Positions 40,678 through 55,172 of a DNA stretch of 64,000 nucleotides are shown here, piece after piece. Source of the DNA: Eledone cirrhosa (Eukaryota); assembly GCA_964016885.1 (NCBI GenBank), contig OZ024743.1, positions 158,658,001 through 158,722,000 on the forward strand, read 5' to 3'. The notes beneath the pieces are model-generated. The model searched no databases and was not told the DNA's origin. It saw nothing but the letters and a program-made list of their open reading frames with translations. Within the stretch, counting starts at the first letter, position 1; every line of letters starts with the position of its first letter. A program made the translations under genes and the position numbers.

Positions 40678-40980
40678 TGAAATTGAATATAGAAATAGCT
40701 TCTACAGGACTAGACCTGTTTCGTTTGAAGGAAATCTTCAGGATATATATATATGAAATTGAATATAGAAATAGCTTCTACAGGACTAGACCTGTTTCAT
40801 TTGAAGGAAATCTTCAGGATATATATATATATGAAATTGAATATAGAAATAGCTTCTACAGGACTAGACCTATTTCATTCAAAGGAAATCATCAGGATAT
40901 ATATATGAAATTGAATATAGAAATAGCTTCTACAGGACTAGACCTATTTCATTCAAAGGAAATCATCAGGATATATATAC
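40678..40980. repeat. Four tandem 65-bp units separated by variable (AT)n
   Basis: Units start at 40678, 40754, 40832, 40906. Confidence 0.95.
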
Positions 40981-41934
40981 ATATTGGTTTTAGAATAGGT
41001 ACACTGTATCCTTGCATGTCTTATGAGGTAACTAAAAGGGTTATTGTTAAGAAGGGCATCTAGCTGTGAAATATTGCCTGAAATAATCCTGTCCAATCCA
41101 TACAAGCACAGAAATGTGGACGTAAAACTGATGAACTGATTCTGTCTTTCCGAAGGTTCTAGAAGGTCAATGCAATATACTTTACCTTCATTTCAAATTT
41201 ATGGCATTGTGTCGTGTTAGAAAGAATTATCATCAGTATCATGATTAATGGCAATAGATTACAGTATTGGTAGAGCTTTGTAAAAAAAGAAAAGAAATAT
41301 GCCTCGTGATACTTAGTTACATCCCTTTATGTTTTGATTTAAAATCTGCACCGGGTATGCTTTCATAATTTATCCCAGTGGAATTAATAAAATAAATATC
41401 ACTCAGGTTCTAGAGTTGATTAGATTAACTGTACTTTGTTATCACTGCAAAGTTTGTGACCTATCTGCTCCTGGAAGGTTTGTTTTCTGCAGCGCAGACC
41501 TGGGCAAGACTATTATATAGAAAACTAGCAGTTACCCAAGCAAGCTTCCCCTCTTTACATCACCAATGTTGTCCAAGAGAAAGGCAAAATCTGATACAGC
41601 TTGGTGCTGGTATCCTTGCATGTGAACTCAGAATATAATGAGCTAGAACAAAAATTCAAAAGCAACATCAATTGTCACCTTCTCTCTCCTTGAATTACTT
41701 TCTCTCTATTTTGTCCTCCTCCCTTCTCAGTAAACCTTTGCATTTTAGTGGGTTTATTTCCTTGCTTGGGGTGAGCAAAAGAAAAAAAGCAAGGTATTTT
41801 GTTCAACTCTAATGATTCTGCCAATCCACTGATCTTTTTCTAACAGGTGTAAAGCTTCAGAGGAAGGGATTGATGCACCCCTTCCTCTAAAATTTTCGAT
41901 GGTGCTTTAGCATATTGACCCCAGGAGGATGAAA

Positions 41935-42250
41935 CACTGAGGTCAACTTTGTTTTTCATCCTTCAGGGGTTAAAGAACCAGTCACTTACTGGGGTTGATG
42001 TAATTGACTTCCCCCTTTCTTTCAAAGTTGGCCTTGTGCCAAAAGTAGAAACAATTATTATTATTGAGGGTGGTGAACTGGCAAAATGGTTAGAGAATTG
42101 AACAAAATGCTGTACAGCTCTTTACATTGTGAGTTCAAATCTTGCCTTTCATCCTGCTTGGATCAATAAAATAAAGTACAAGACAAGTACTGGGGGTTGA
42201 TATAATCAACCCTAGTCTTCTTCACAATGTGTAACCTTGTTCCACGCTAA
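41935..42250 (+). mobile_element. Two older, diverged SINE-1-related copies (others near 19300, 22240, 27510, 27770, 41250, 55790, 56030)
   Basis: ggtcaactttg..tttcatcc..ggggttgatgtaattgact..ggccttgtgcc..tagaaacaatt. Confidence 0.75.
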
Positions 42251-42710
42251 GAAATTGACTGTATCAGATTATATTTTCCAAGATTCCTTCCATTTTTTTT
42301 TTAAATAGGAATGTGTGGAACGAGAGAGTTTATTGTACATGGTTATATGGATATGTTTGGTTGTGGTTTGTAGATATGTATACATATTGCTGTTTAGTTC
42401 CAGGTGAATTCTAACTGCCAGAAGCATCTCATTCATTTAAGGGTTACTGGGAATATCTCGTCTGAAGTTTCCTTTTTTGTTTAAGATGTTGGTGTGTAAT
42501 TTTGAGGGAGATTTGGCTGCTATTTTTAATATGTTAAGGGATTATACAGAAGTTCTACCTATATGTTGTTGATCATACTAATGTGAGCATTTGACTCTGC
42601 TTATGCGTGTGTATGGTTACCCATAATGTAAATTTGAATTCATGCATTTAGGTGATGGGTGTACACACGATTATATAGACGGAGAGCAATAGTAAACATT
42701 CATTTAATAA

Positions 42711-42870
42711 TTGTTTCTACTTTTGGCACAAGGCCAGCAATTACCCAGTGCATTACTGGTACTTTATTTTATCGACTCCGTAAGGATGAAAGGCAAAGTT
42801 AACCTCGGCGGGATTTGAACTCAGAATGACAAGGGCCGTAACTCTATGCGTCAAAGCATGGTGTCCGACC
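42711..42870 (-). mobile_element. SINE family 1, slightly 5'-truncated
   Basis: Reverse complement of the 9827-type copy. Confidence 0.9.
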
Positions 42871-43019
42871 TTCAATAATGATAGTCTCAAATTCAATTAT
42901 GGTACAATCCAATTGTGGCTTGAGGCATCTTCAGTTGCTTTAATGGATGAGGTCACATGAAGCTTTATGTAAATGGTAGCCAATATTAGAAATTGTATAT
43001 CATATCAAGTGATGTATAT

Positions 43020-43216
43020 CAGGCATGTCAAACTGAGGGTCCCTGAAGACCACGTGGGTCACGTGTTTGAGAGCCACACACAACAACTAATTGCAGACAT
43101 TACAACCAAGTTTTTATATTAATTACGAAGATGAAATGTGCTCGCACTGTAAAAACCTTTATTCGGGCCGCAGGTGTACTTGTAAAGAGCTGCGGGCTGC
43201 ATGTTTGTCATACCTG
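43020..43216. mobile_element. hAT-type MITE
   Basis: TIRs caggcatgtcaaac / gtttgtcatacctg; 8-bp TSD atgtatat / atgtagat. Confidence 0.8.
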
Positions 43217-43329
43217 ATGTAGATCATACTCTGTTTACTTGAATGTCAAAGACATGAAGTAAAAGAAAAGAGAATGTATTTTGCAATCACCTTCCAATAA
43301 TCTTCATGTACTATTATTTTTTCTTTTCA

Positions 43330-43518
43330 AGGGCGGTGAATTGGCAGTATCGGTAGAGAGTCGGACGCCATGCTTTGACGTATAGAGTTACGGCCCTTGC
43401 CATTCTGAGTTCAAATCCCGCCGGGGTTAACTTTGCCTTTCATCCTTATAGGGTCGATAAAATAAAGTACCAGTAATCTACTGATAAAATTGCTGGCCTT
43501 GTGCCAAAAGTAGAAACA
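43330..43518 (+). mobile_element. SINE family 1, ~17-bp TSD attattttttcttttca
   Basis: TSD 43313-43329 and from 43519 (one extra T). Confidence 0.92.
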
Positions 43519-44083
43519 ATTATTTTTTTCTTTTCATAACTAATTTCTGGTTAAATATAGCACTAGAACCAATGTTTATATAGATATATTCATACACATA
43601 TAGCCAAAGCTAGAAGATATCAACATAGGCGGCAAGAATAACCTGTTCTGCATCTGGGATAGATGCATCATATATTGGATGGATACATCTTCACAATTCA
43701 GGAAATAGCTACTAAATACATATAAAATGATGTAATTACACCAACATACATGGCTGGATTAAGAACTTTTGAAGCCATAAGCACTTAAAAGATTATGGTG
43801 CTCCCCCTCCCCCATATAAATTTTGTAAATAAATATGGAATAACAAATACATTTATTTTGAATAAAACGGTGCCCCTTTCTCTCAACACTCTAAGCATGT
43901 ATGTACTAATTTTATTAATGATTGACCCAATCCTGCCTACATATATGCACACCCTAACTCATACAAATAACTGGAGCTGTCTTGAACCAAAAACCCTTGT
44001 CCATTTGGCAGTGACCAGCTTGAATTCTGTGAAGAACAGATCTCAAAGGATGCATATATATATATGTGTGTGTATATATATAT

Positions 44084-46985
44084 ATCATCATCATCATTTT
44101 ACGTCTGCTTTTCCCTGCTTGCAAGGGTGGGACGGGTCTTATTCAGCACAGCATCTCTCCACTTGTCACGGTCCTTCGTCATCTCCACCGTGAGCTTCAA
44201 TGATCTGAGGTCTGTTCTCACCACCTCCGCCCATGTTTTTCGTGGTCTACCTCTACCACGTCTTCCTTCAACTGGCATTTCCTGGCACTTCTTCACCCAT
44301 CGGTCATCCTCCATGCGCATCACATGTGCATACCACCTCAGTCTCCTCTCCCGTACACTACATTCTATCCCTCCCAGACACAGTTTCTCTCTCAGCACAT
44401 TTATGCTGGGTCATTCACGCACATTTACACTGCACATCCAACGGAGCATGCTTGCCTCATTTTTCTCCAGCCATCGCATATCCTCTGCAGTTGCTGCCCA
44501 TGTCTCACAACCATGCAGCATCGCGCTCCTCACACAGGCATCATACAACCGGCCTTTCGTACGCAGGGAGAAACCCTTCTATGTCTACAGAGGAAGCAGC
44601 TCTCTAAACTTCTTCCAACCCGTCCTATTCTAGATACTATGGCCTCGGAACAGCCCCCCCCCCCATGCTAATCTGATCACCTAGGTACCGGAAGCTATCA
44701 ACTACTATAGAACCCACCTGCATTTGAAAAATGTGTCTATCACTGCGATTACTACTGTCAAATTTCCCTGTACATCTACTGCATACATATTTTCCCCTAC
44801 CTGTTAGCTTGCCTGCTATCCCACTACATCTCTTGTGTACCCAAGATCTGCATTGTGTACATCTTATAGAATTTATGCCAGTTCCTTTTCTACATATCGA
44901 ACATGGTCATTTCCCTGATGAAATCAGAGTTTTGTCCTCTTTTCTACTCATCAACACTTTTGTCTTAGCTATGTTCACTCTCAGTCCTCTTGATTCCAAC
45001 TGCTCTTTCCATAGTCAAAATTTCTTCTAGCTCCTCTACTGATTCTGCTATAAGAACCAGATCGTCAGCATAGAGAAGTTCCCATGGGCAACCAGTCTTA
45101 AACTCCTCTGTTATGGCTTGGAGGACTATAATGAACAAGAGCAGGCTGAGGACCGAACCCTGATTAACTCATAATTGTATCTGGAATTCCTCACAACTCC
45201 ATTCCCACCCTCACTTTACTGACAGCACCTCTGTACATAGCTTGCACTGTCTTCACAAGCCATTCCTCTACACCTAGTTTCCTTAGGGACCACCAGATGA
45301 CAGATTGGGAGACCCTATCAAAGGCCTTCTCTAGGTCAATAAAAGCTAAGTATAGTGGCTTATTCTTTAAGAACCTCTCTTGTAGTTGTCTCACTACTAG
45401 GGGTAATTTCTCTCTCTCGCATTCGTTCTCCACATTCATCAGTCTCTCATAGTACATTTCCAGGCCTCCTTTTTTTTGATCATTCGTGACATTAAGTACA
45501 CCGGCATCACTCCAGACACACTTATCTCCAACAACATCCCGATTTGCACTGACACACTGCCTTGCAATGCGGAACACCGCACGTCTCTGATCTTCCCATC
45601 GCAGAACCATGGCAAACCTCCTACTCTCAGCCTCCCTGCGTGCTAAGTACACCTGACGTCTATCTTCTCTCTTAGCGGCTGTATATTCTTCCCCACCTTC
45701 TCCCACCATTTTCCCAAGCGTTTCATGTTAGTCTTTTGTCTCTAATGGCCCTCTCTACCGTGCTGTTCCACCACCAGATTACTCTGTCTGGTTGGAGTTC
45801 TGCTCCAGCTACAAGTTTCTTCAGTAGCCTGCAGTAAGTTGTCACGTAAAAAATTCCAGTTATCATATATGTCATGACTCTAAATCGTCTTTTCTGTCAT
45901 ACACATCTTGAAGAGCTTTCCTAAATTTATATTTTAGTGAAAGGTCTTTTAGCTTCCAGACCTTCCTTTTCCACACCTTCCTGTATGTCTCATTCTGTCT
46001 CTTGCTTACTGAGATGTCACTAACCTATGCTGTGGGGTACATTCTTCTCTGGGTTATGCCTTAGTATTTGACACCATCTGTCTGTCTCGTTGCCTAACTA
46101 GCAAGAAGTCAATCTGGCTTATGTGCTCGCCTGATTTGTAGGTTATTAGGTGGTGGGTAGGTTTCTTGAAGTTAGTGTTGCAAATAGTTAGTGCACTTGC
46201 ATCATAAAATTCAAGAAACCTCACTCCTTCATTTCTTGAGCCATAACCGTGCCCACCACGTACCCCAGTGTATCCATCCTGGAGCTGTCCAACATGCCCA
46301 TTGAAGTCCCCTGCTAACATAATGATGTCTCCATCCTCTGTCATTCTGGCTGTTTGTAAAAGTTGCTCGTAAATGCAGTCTTTCTCTTCTTTATGGAGAT
46401 CATAGGCAGAGCTGATTGCCAGTAGTCTCCTGCTTACAACTAATCTAAGCTTAATTATTCTATTACTAACTCTAACTACCTCCTATTGTCTTATTGTGTT
46501 ATTGCTGTTTACGCAGTTGTTTTTGTGCGATTGTTTGATGACGGTCAGGGGGTTCTCGCACATGGCCGCACCAGCCACCCCTCTACCGTGCGCAGTCCTA
46601 ACATGGTTAGTGTTATTGCTGTTTACGCAGTTGTTGAAAATCTCATTTGTTGTGCTCATAGTTTTTGGCAGTAGTATATATACTGGTTGGATGCCCTTCC
46701 TAACACCAGCACCACTTTACAGCATGGACTAGGTACTTTTATTCGTGCCACCAGCACTAGAGAGGTTGTCTTACTGGACTCAGGGGCCCTCTCTACCCCT
46801 GCATTTTACAGCATGGACTACGTATTTTTATCGTGCCACCAGCACTATAGAGGTTGTCTTACTGGACTCAGTGGCCCTATCCATCCCTCCATTTTACAGT
46901 ATGGACTGGGTGCTTTTATTTGTGCCACCAACACTAGGGAAGTTGTCTTACTGGACTTAGGGAAATTCTCTACCCCGCACCAATT
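44084..46985 (-). mobile_element. Near full-length, disrupted RTE LINE: 5'-UTR repeats, APE endonuclease, RT with PHD-like insert, (ATG)n tail
   Basis: LAGDFNGHVG..SQIDFLL (46054-46344), FIDLEKAFDRV, QGSVLS, LLYADDLV, WPCSICRK..WVHKRC, RRLRWYAHV, GRPRKTW; stops, frameshifts and deletions. Confidence 0.93.
46714..46975. repeat. Three ~88-bp tandem units in the RTE 5' region
   Basis: tttacagcatggact..gtgccaccagcactag.gaggttgtcttactggact repeated three times. Confidence 0.88.
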
Positions 46986-47476
46986 TATTCGGAGTCGTAG
47001 CTCTCCTAGACGGGGTACCTACGCTATGGCTTATGGAGCATCCGTCCGCCCCGTGTCTGCGCTGAGCGGAACTTAGTTTAACGTGCTATGTGCACGAGTG
47101 CTTAGTGTACAACATCAGGCATGCATACCGGAAGGTGATAGGTATAGGGTGGGTGGGTAGGATGAAAATGACGATTTCCTAACCTCTGTTATTTTAAAAC
47201 ACGGCTACCCCATATGACCAATTTTTCCATTACAAATATATTCATGTACACAACAAAAACATATATTAACAGCTATATATATATATATACTAACAGACAA
47301 TAGTACATATATCTACATAGATATATAAATAAACATCGAAAGAAGGAGGGAAATTTGCTATCTTATTCTATATCTGTCAAATCAGCATAATGTAAAATTT
47401 TATGTATATATATATGTGTGTGTGTGTATATATGTGTATATATATATATATATATGTGTGTGTATATATATGTATA

Positions 47477-47750
47477 TCATCATCATCATTTTAAGTCCGC
47501 TTTTCCCTGCTTGCAAGGGTGGCATGGGACCTGATTCTGGCTTGATTTCTACAGCTGGATGCCCTTCCTAACACCAACCTCATTTACAGTGAGTGCTGGG
47601 TGCTTTTTTGGCCGTGGCACCTCGACGACCACTAAACTGGAGCAATGTGAAATAAAGTGTCTTGCTCAAGGAAACAACACATCACGCGGTCTGAGAATTG
47701 AACTCATAACCTTTCGATTGCATGGCCAATGCTGTAACCACTAAGCCATG
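47477..47750 (-). mobile_element. SINE family 2 with internal deletion
   Basis: Reverse complement of the 12491 copy lacking the middle block. Confidence 0.9.
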
Positions 47751-47968
47751 TATATATATATATAGGTACGTATATATATATACATATATGTATTTATATA
47801 TGTATATATATATATATGTGTATGTATATATATATATATATATGTGTATGTGTATACATATACATATATATATACACATATTTATATATATATACCCTTG
47901 CAAGCAGGGAAAAGTGGACGTAAAATGAAATGATGATATATGTATATATATACATATATACACATTTT

Positions 47969-47999
<31 letters not shown>

Positions 48000-48000
48000 T

Positions 48001-48032
<32 letters not shown>

Positions 48033-48041
48033 CATATATTT

Positions 48042-48075
<34 letters not shown>

Positions 48076-48241
48076 ATATATGTATATATATCATCATCAT
48101 CGTTTAACGTCCATATTCCACGCTCACATGGGTTTGGACGGGAGTTTTCCCACTTGAGGCAAGAGTGGTTGTCTTGCTCGTATAGAACTGTCTGGCGGGT
48201 TTTCTACGGCTGGATGCCCTTCCTAACACCAACCACATATG

Positions 48242-48272
<31 letters not shown>

Positions 48273-48444
48273 ATGTATATATATATATTAATATATGTAT
48301 ATATGTATATGTATAAATATAAATATATATATAAGTATATATATATATAAATAAATATATGTATTTATATATATAAATGTAAATATATATAAATGTATAT
48401 ATATATAAATGTATATATATATATAAGTATATATATATAAATGT

Positions 48445-48491
<47 letters not shown>

Positions 48492-48860
48492 AATATATAT
48501 ATATATGTATTTATATATATAAATGTATATATATATATATGTATTTATATATATAAATGTATATATATATATATGTATTTATATATATAAATGTATATAT
48601 ATATATATGTATTTATATATATAAATGTATATATATATATATAAATGTATATATAAATATATATATATGTATTTATATATATATATGTATATATATATAA
48701 ATATATATAAATGTATATATATATGTATATGTATATATATATATAAATATATATATATATGTATATATATATATAAATATATATATATGTATTTATATAT
48801 ATAAATGTATATATATATATGTATTTATATATGTATATATATATATGTATTTATATATAT
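47750..48860. repeat. (TA)n-rich tract containing a bipartite RTE-type fragment (~48090-48235, minus)
   Basis: Direct reading. Confidence 0.9.
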
Positions 48861-48994
48861 ACAAATTACAATGCTTATTTTTATACTTTGCTTCTGTTAC
48901 AAACCATCGTAATTTATGTACCTTTTGTTTTGCTTGCTCCTTATTTTACTGCTCCTCGCTACAATGACCTTACGGTTATTATCGACTATCGTCT

Positions 48995-49244
48995 GAAGGG
49001 GAGCCTTGTAGCGACTAGCCCCACCTTTACTGGGGAGAAAAAACTAATTGGAGTTACTTCCCGTTGAATTCTAGAGGATTCCTTGAACTTCCGGTCTAGG
49101 GATTATAAAGGAGGGAGAAAAGAGACATCTTCATTATATGGCGACGGCTCTCGGCGAGTTTGTTAACCTTATATCTGTATCGAATTAAATTAGTGGTTGG
49201 CCTGCAGTGGCGTTTAAATAACGCTGTGACTAATTCACTAAACA
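48995..49244 (+). mobile_element. LTR remnant: PPT + 3' LTR
   Basis: gaaggggag PPT, TGTAGCG at 49007, aacttccggtc..tataaa promoter block, attaaa, ends ..aaCA. Confidence 0.6.
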
Positions 49245-50309
49245 TATATATATGTATATATATATAAAAATAAATGTATATATATATATATATATGTATA
49301 GAAATATATATATATATATATACGTATATATAAATATATAGTGGGGTTTAGAGCCCTCAGATAAATGGAAAGATGAGTATTGACGTACATGGAAGTCCAA
49401 CCCACCTCGTTGGTTATCCAGACCACTGTGCTACCATTACACCAACACATCACCCATCTCCTTCCATTGAAATTAGAAGCTACATTCTTAGCAAGTATAA
49501 TGACAAGTAAGTATGTTTGTTTTGAAACAGTGACCAAGTTTGAAATTAGAAATAGAAGCTTTCACCGTATTTTTGACTAAAGAAATTTTAGCCTGATAGT
49601 GGGGTTTAGAACCCTCAGATAAATGAAAAAAGGTGTAATGGTAGCACAGTGGTCTGGATAACCAACGATGTGGGTTCGATATGTATGTATATATATATAT
49701 ATGCACACGCACGTACACACCCACACACATGTGTTGGTGTGTGTCCGCACAGATAATTGTGCGATTAACAGCTCGGAATGTCTATGTATGTGTGACCAAA
49801 CGTGTGTATGTGTAGAGACACGGGCAAGCCAGGGAGTGGCAGGAGAAGTAATAAAACCTCTCATACACTTAGCAGTAATTTCTGGTGACAGCTCACGCAT
49901 GAATGGAAATGGTGAGTGGGCAGATTTGAATGGTCATACACAAAGATGACGTCCCAATCGAAGTACAACGCAAACAGGATGAAGGCAGATGATAAAAAAT
50001 TTGAAGGGCAGAGTCCAGCAGAAAGACGATTTGCTTTGAAATCCCTAGACGTATCTGAGGAACTTACGAATCCAGAGTCAGGTTCGATCCACAAACAGAT
50101 CGCATCCCGAGCTGTTCGCCGGAGAAACATTTGTAATACGTAATGAATTGTGTTCCGATGCATCACTGATCCTTCGTTTTCTATATTATCATACGCTGCA
50201 CAGAAGGAGCATAGTGCTCAACCAGCATACCGCCTATGGACGCATCCAAGCAACCTTACTACAAATATATATATGTGTATATATATATATATATGATTAT
50301 GTATATAAA

Positions 50310-51423
50310 CTAGCAGATTTACCCGGCGTTGCTCGGGATTTGAAATTACGCTAAGAATATACAGCTAGGAAGTAAAAGAAGAACATTATTTGTCCCCAAC
50401 CTGTCAAAATAAGCAGAAGTCTTCAATAATTAATGCAAACGAATATTTAGTTCAATCTTTGTACACAAAACTATGCTGATAATGAAGGAAAACACTGAAC
50501 AGGATGTAGTTATACAAATGATTAAAGACAATACACGTTGCAAATCTGTAAAAAAAAAACAGGCAGTTTTGCTAAAGTACAAAAAGTTGTAATGAAAGCA
50601 GAGTTGTATACAAACAAAAAAAGAATGAGAGTAGAATAAGAAAATCTATTCTTTGAGAGCATCCTTTGCTGTGTATGGTTAAATTTTGAACTTATAATCC
50701 AAAATATCCTGCATGACATATTCATTGGTATGTTTTGTAATGAGTAAGGTGAAGTCAAGGCAGAGCTGTAATAAGTTTTTTTTGTTAACACTAAAGCACT
50801 TCAGGATAGACGATATTCTTTGTTTTTCTTTTCGGAACATAAGTCCCATAAGGATTGTTCTAAAAATAAACAAACCATCATCAAAATCTCGTCAATTCGA
50901 GACTGCTGCGAGATTAGGCCTTTACCGCGAAAATTAACAACTTAATATAGTGAAACAAGTTAAAACAAGTGTTTTTTTAACTTTGAAAGTGCAACACATT
51001 TTTTTTTTTGTATTAACATGCTTATAAAAGTTTAAAAAATGTAAAAGTTGTTGGTCCCAAGTGTTTTTTTAACTTTGAAAGTGCAACAAATAATAAACAA
51101 GAAACAAACGATAATATTAGTTAGTGATTTATCTTCAAATGAATCTGATGTTTATATTTTGAAAAGTTGGTTATCCCCCTTTTTTATAAGGATTGTCAAT
51201 AAAGTTGGTTATCTCCCTTACACCAATTTTGCTACCGATAATTTTGATATCGATTTTTTATTGCTCAACGTGGGTCGATTTTAAAACGTTTTTTGATGTT
51301 ACCATCTTAGCAACCTGTGCAACGTGCACAGAAAATTTGGTCAAATTCGGTTGGTAATTGTAAAAGCCTTAGGTATCCAAATTTGTACACAGACACACAT
51401 CCTCGCTTTTATATATATAAAGA
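50310..51423 (-). mobile_element. Non-autonomous Helitron
   Basis: 5' TCTTTATATATATAAAAGCGAGGATG; 3' CCCGAGCAACGCCGGGTAAATCTGCTAG; A|T target. Confidence 0.88.
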
Positions 51424-51427
51424 TATA

Positions 51428-51464
<37 letters not shown>

Positions 51465-51495
51465 ATATGTATATATATATGTATATATATATATG

Positions 51496-51526
<31 letters not shown>

Positions 51527-52079
51527 GTATGTATATATATATATATGTATATATATTATGTATATATATATATGCATATCTATATGTATATATAGATATC
51601 ACTCCCCCACACACCCTTGGAACTCTCCTCCTGCCCACTTTTCTCCTGATGAAACGCCCGAAACGTCGTACCCCACTCTGTCAATTCATCGATATGTCCA
51701 GCTCCTGGGTACCTGTTTTTTTTTACATTAATTCGTACTGCCTACGTATGAGATACAATACAACAGGAGGAACATAATAGTACTACTGATGATGTTGCAG
51801 CTTTGCAACGAAAGAACTTTGTTAGACTATATATATGTGTTTATATCTATATTATATCTGTATTTTTGACCGTTGGTCAGTCAATGATAAACATTGAGGA
51901 CCAAATGAATTAACTGTGGAGATATAAAAGATACAGAAGCGAAAAACCAACCAAACAGTGAGCGTGTTCTGTTGTTATTTCTGGCAATATTATTACAACA
52001 ATATGACCCTCTCCATGTATAAAAATATTTGTTTCGACACACGATTTCATATCAACAACCTCGCAAAACAAATATATAG

Positions 52080-53658
<1,579 letters not shown>

Positions 53659-54124
53659 CCAGGGAGTGTAACGTGAAGTTACTGTAGTTTCACCCAGGTG
53701 AGCACTCGATGTTTAGTTTAACTTCTGTAATGATATGTAGAGATAAACAGAGTGTAAATGTAATAATAGAAGGACGATTTGTTATACCATCATTACTTTT
53801 ATTGATTGGTGACGCGCGTTTCGCTATTGATCAACTGAAGGTTCGATCTGGCCCGAATCTGGAATCAAAAGCTCGTCGGGCCTCTGCTGTTGTAATGATA
53901 ATGCATAGAAATGTCTGTAACGAAAAGCATAGAAATGTCTGTAAGGTTTGGCGTTCATACGATGGTCAGTTTATGTTGTTTCGATTGGTGAATTAGTTTA
54001 GATTTGTTAGTCTACTTCACGATGTTAATAAAATAAATACCAGATGATGTATTAGGTTTGAGATAATCGACTAAAACTCTTTTAGCGAGAATACTGGGTT
54101 GTATGAATGTAACAAGGAATACAT

Positions 54125-55172
54125 TGTTTGTTTGTATAATATTTAATTAACAATGGTAGATAGTATAGTTGACATGTCAAAGATGAGGATGGTAGAATGA
54201 AACAAAGTTAGTAGTTACCGTTTTGATTGCCAGGCAAACGCGGCTGGCAGAGGACGCCTGGCTAAGGCCAGGCGCCTGTTGGCCAAATGAATGGCAGAGC
54301 CAAATGCGAGGCTCTTGACCTGGTGCCGAAAAGGCAACGAGAGAAAGAGAGCTTAAAGTTGTTAGTTTTATAGGGCTCTGACCGGAAGTTACAGAAAGGG
54401 CCCCACTTCCCGTTCAGATGTTAATCCAAACAAGGGAGACAACCGCTACATAACCTCCCGCCAGAATTTTAGTTTATAAAAATCGAAATGAAAATATGTA
54501 GCAAGTTGGCGAGAATGTTGTAACAGGCATGAAAATTACGACAAAAGAATGTTTGCAAAAATCAATGATAGATATCAAGGTAGTCAACCGCTCTTGGCCA
54601 GAGAACGACTGGACATCCATCTATCCATCACCCAAAGATACAATGTAATAAAGTAAAAGTAATAGAAGAGCTCAAAGTTCATATGTACAAAATATAGTTC
54701 ACAGGTGTGCAATCACATGACAGCAGGAAAGAAAGTGTGTTCCAGAGAATGAATGCAGGTGGTTTCTGTTCTGTGGTATATCGTGAAATTTCCAACCTCC
54801 GAATGGATTTTCTCACAGGGAGAGTGCTGCAAAAATAAATTCTCTGGCGTTCTGCTGGTTGTTGGTGAAGCTGTGTTGATGTATTGCTGCTGCTGCTGTT
54901 GTCTCGCTGAGTGAGCGTATTCGGTGTTTAAATTCACAGTAAAAAAAAAAAAATTTTTTTTTTTTTTAGAAAAAATGAGTTGCGCAAAGTGCTAGAAATA
55001 GCAGCCGAAGTTGATGGTCGATGTTGAGAATGCGTTGACCTGGAAGGGTCAAGAGGCCAGCGACCAGAGAAATAAGCATTCTTACTAAATGCGCGGTTAT
55101 CAACGGTAAATTTACATTGCAAACTTATAAACCGGCAAATAGAAGAATATAGCTTAAGTGACAACCGCTACA
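54125..55172 (-). mobile_element. LTR-retrotransposon remnant (3' LTR about 54450-54125, PPT, non-coding interior)
   Basis: Minus strand ggcgggaggtta-TGTAGCGGTTGTC, aacttccggtc..tataaa as in the 49007 LTR; second TGTAGCGGTTGTC at 55172. Confidence 0.55.

Noticed and set aside
40678-40980. CRISPR-like repeat-spacer pattern
   Set aside because: Spacers are only (AT)n; treated as a minisatellite
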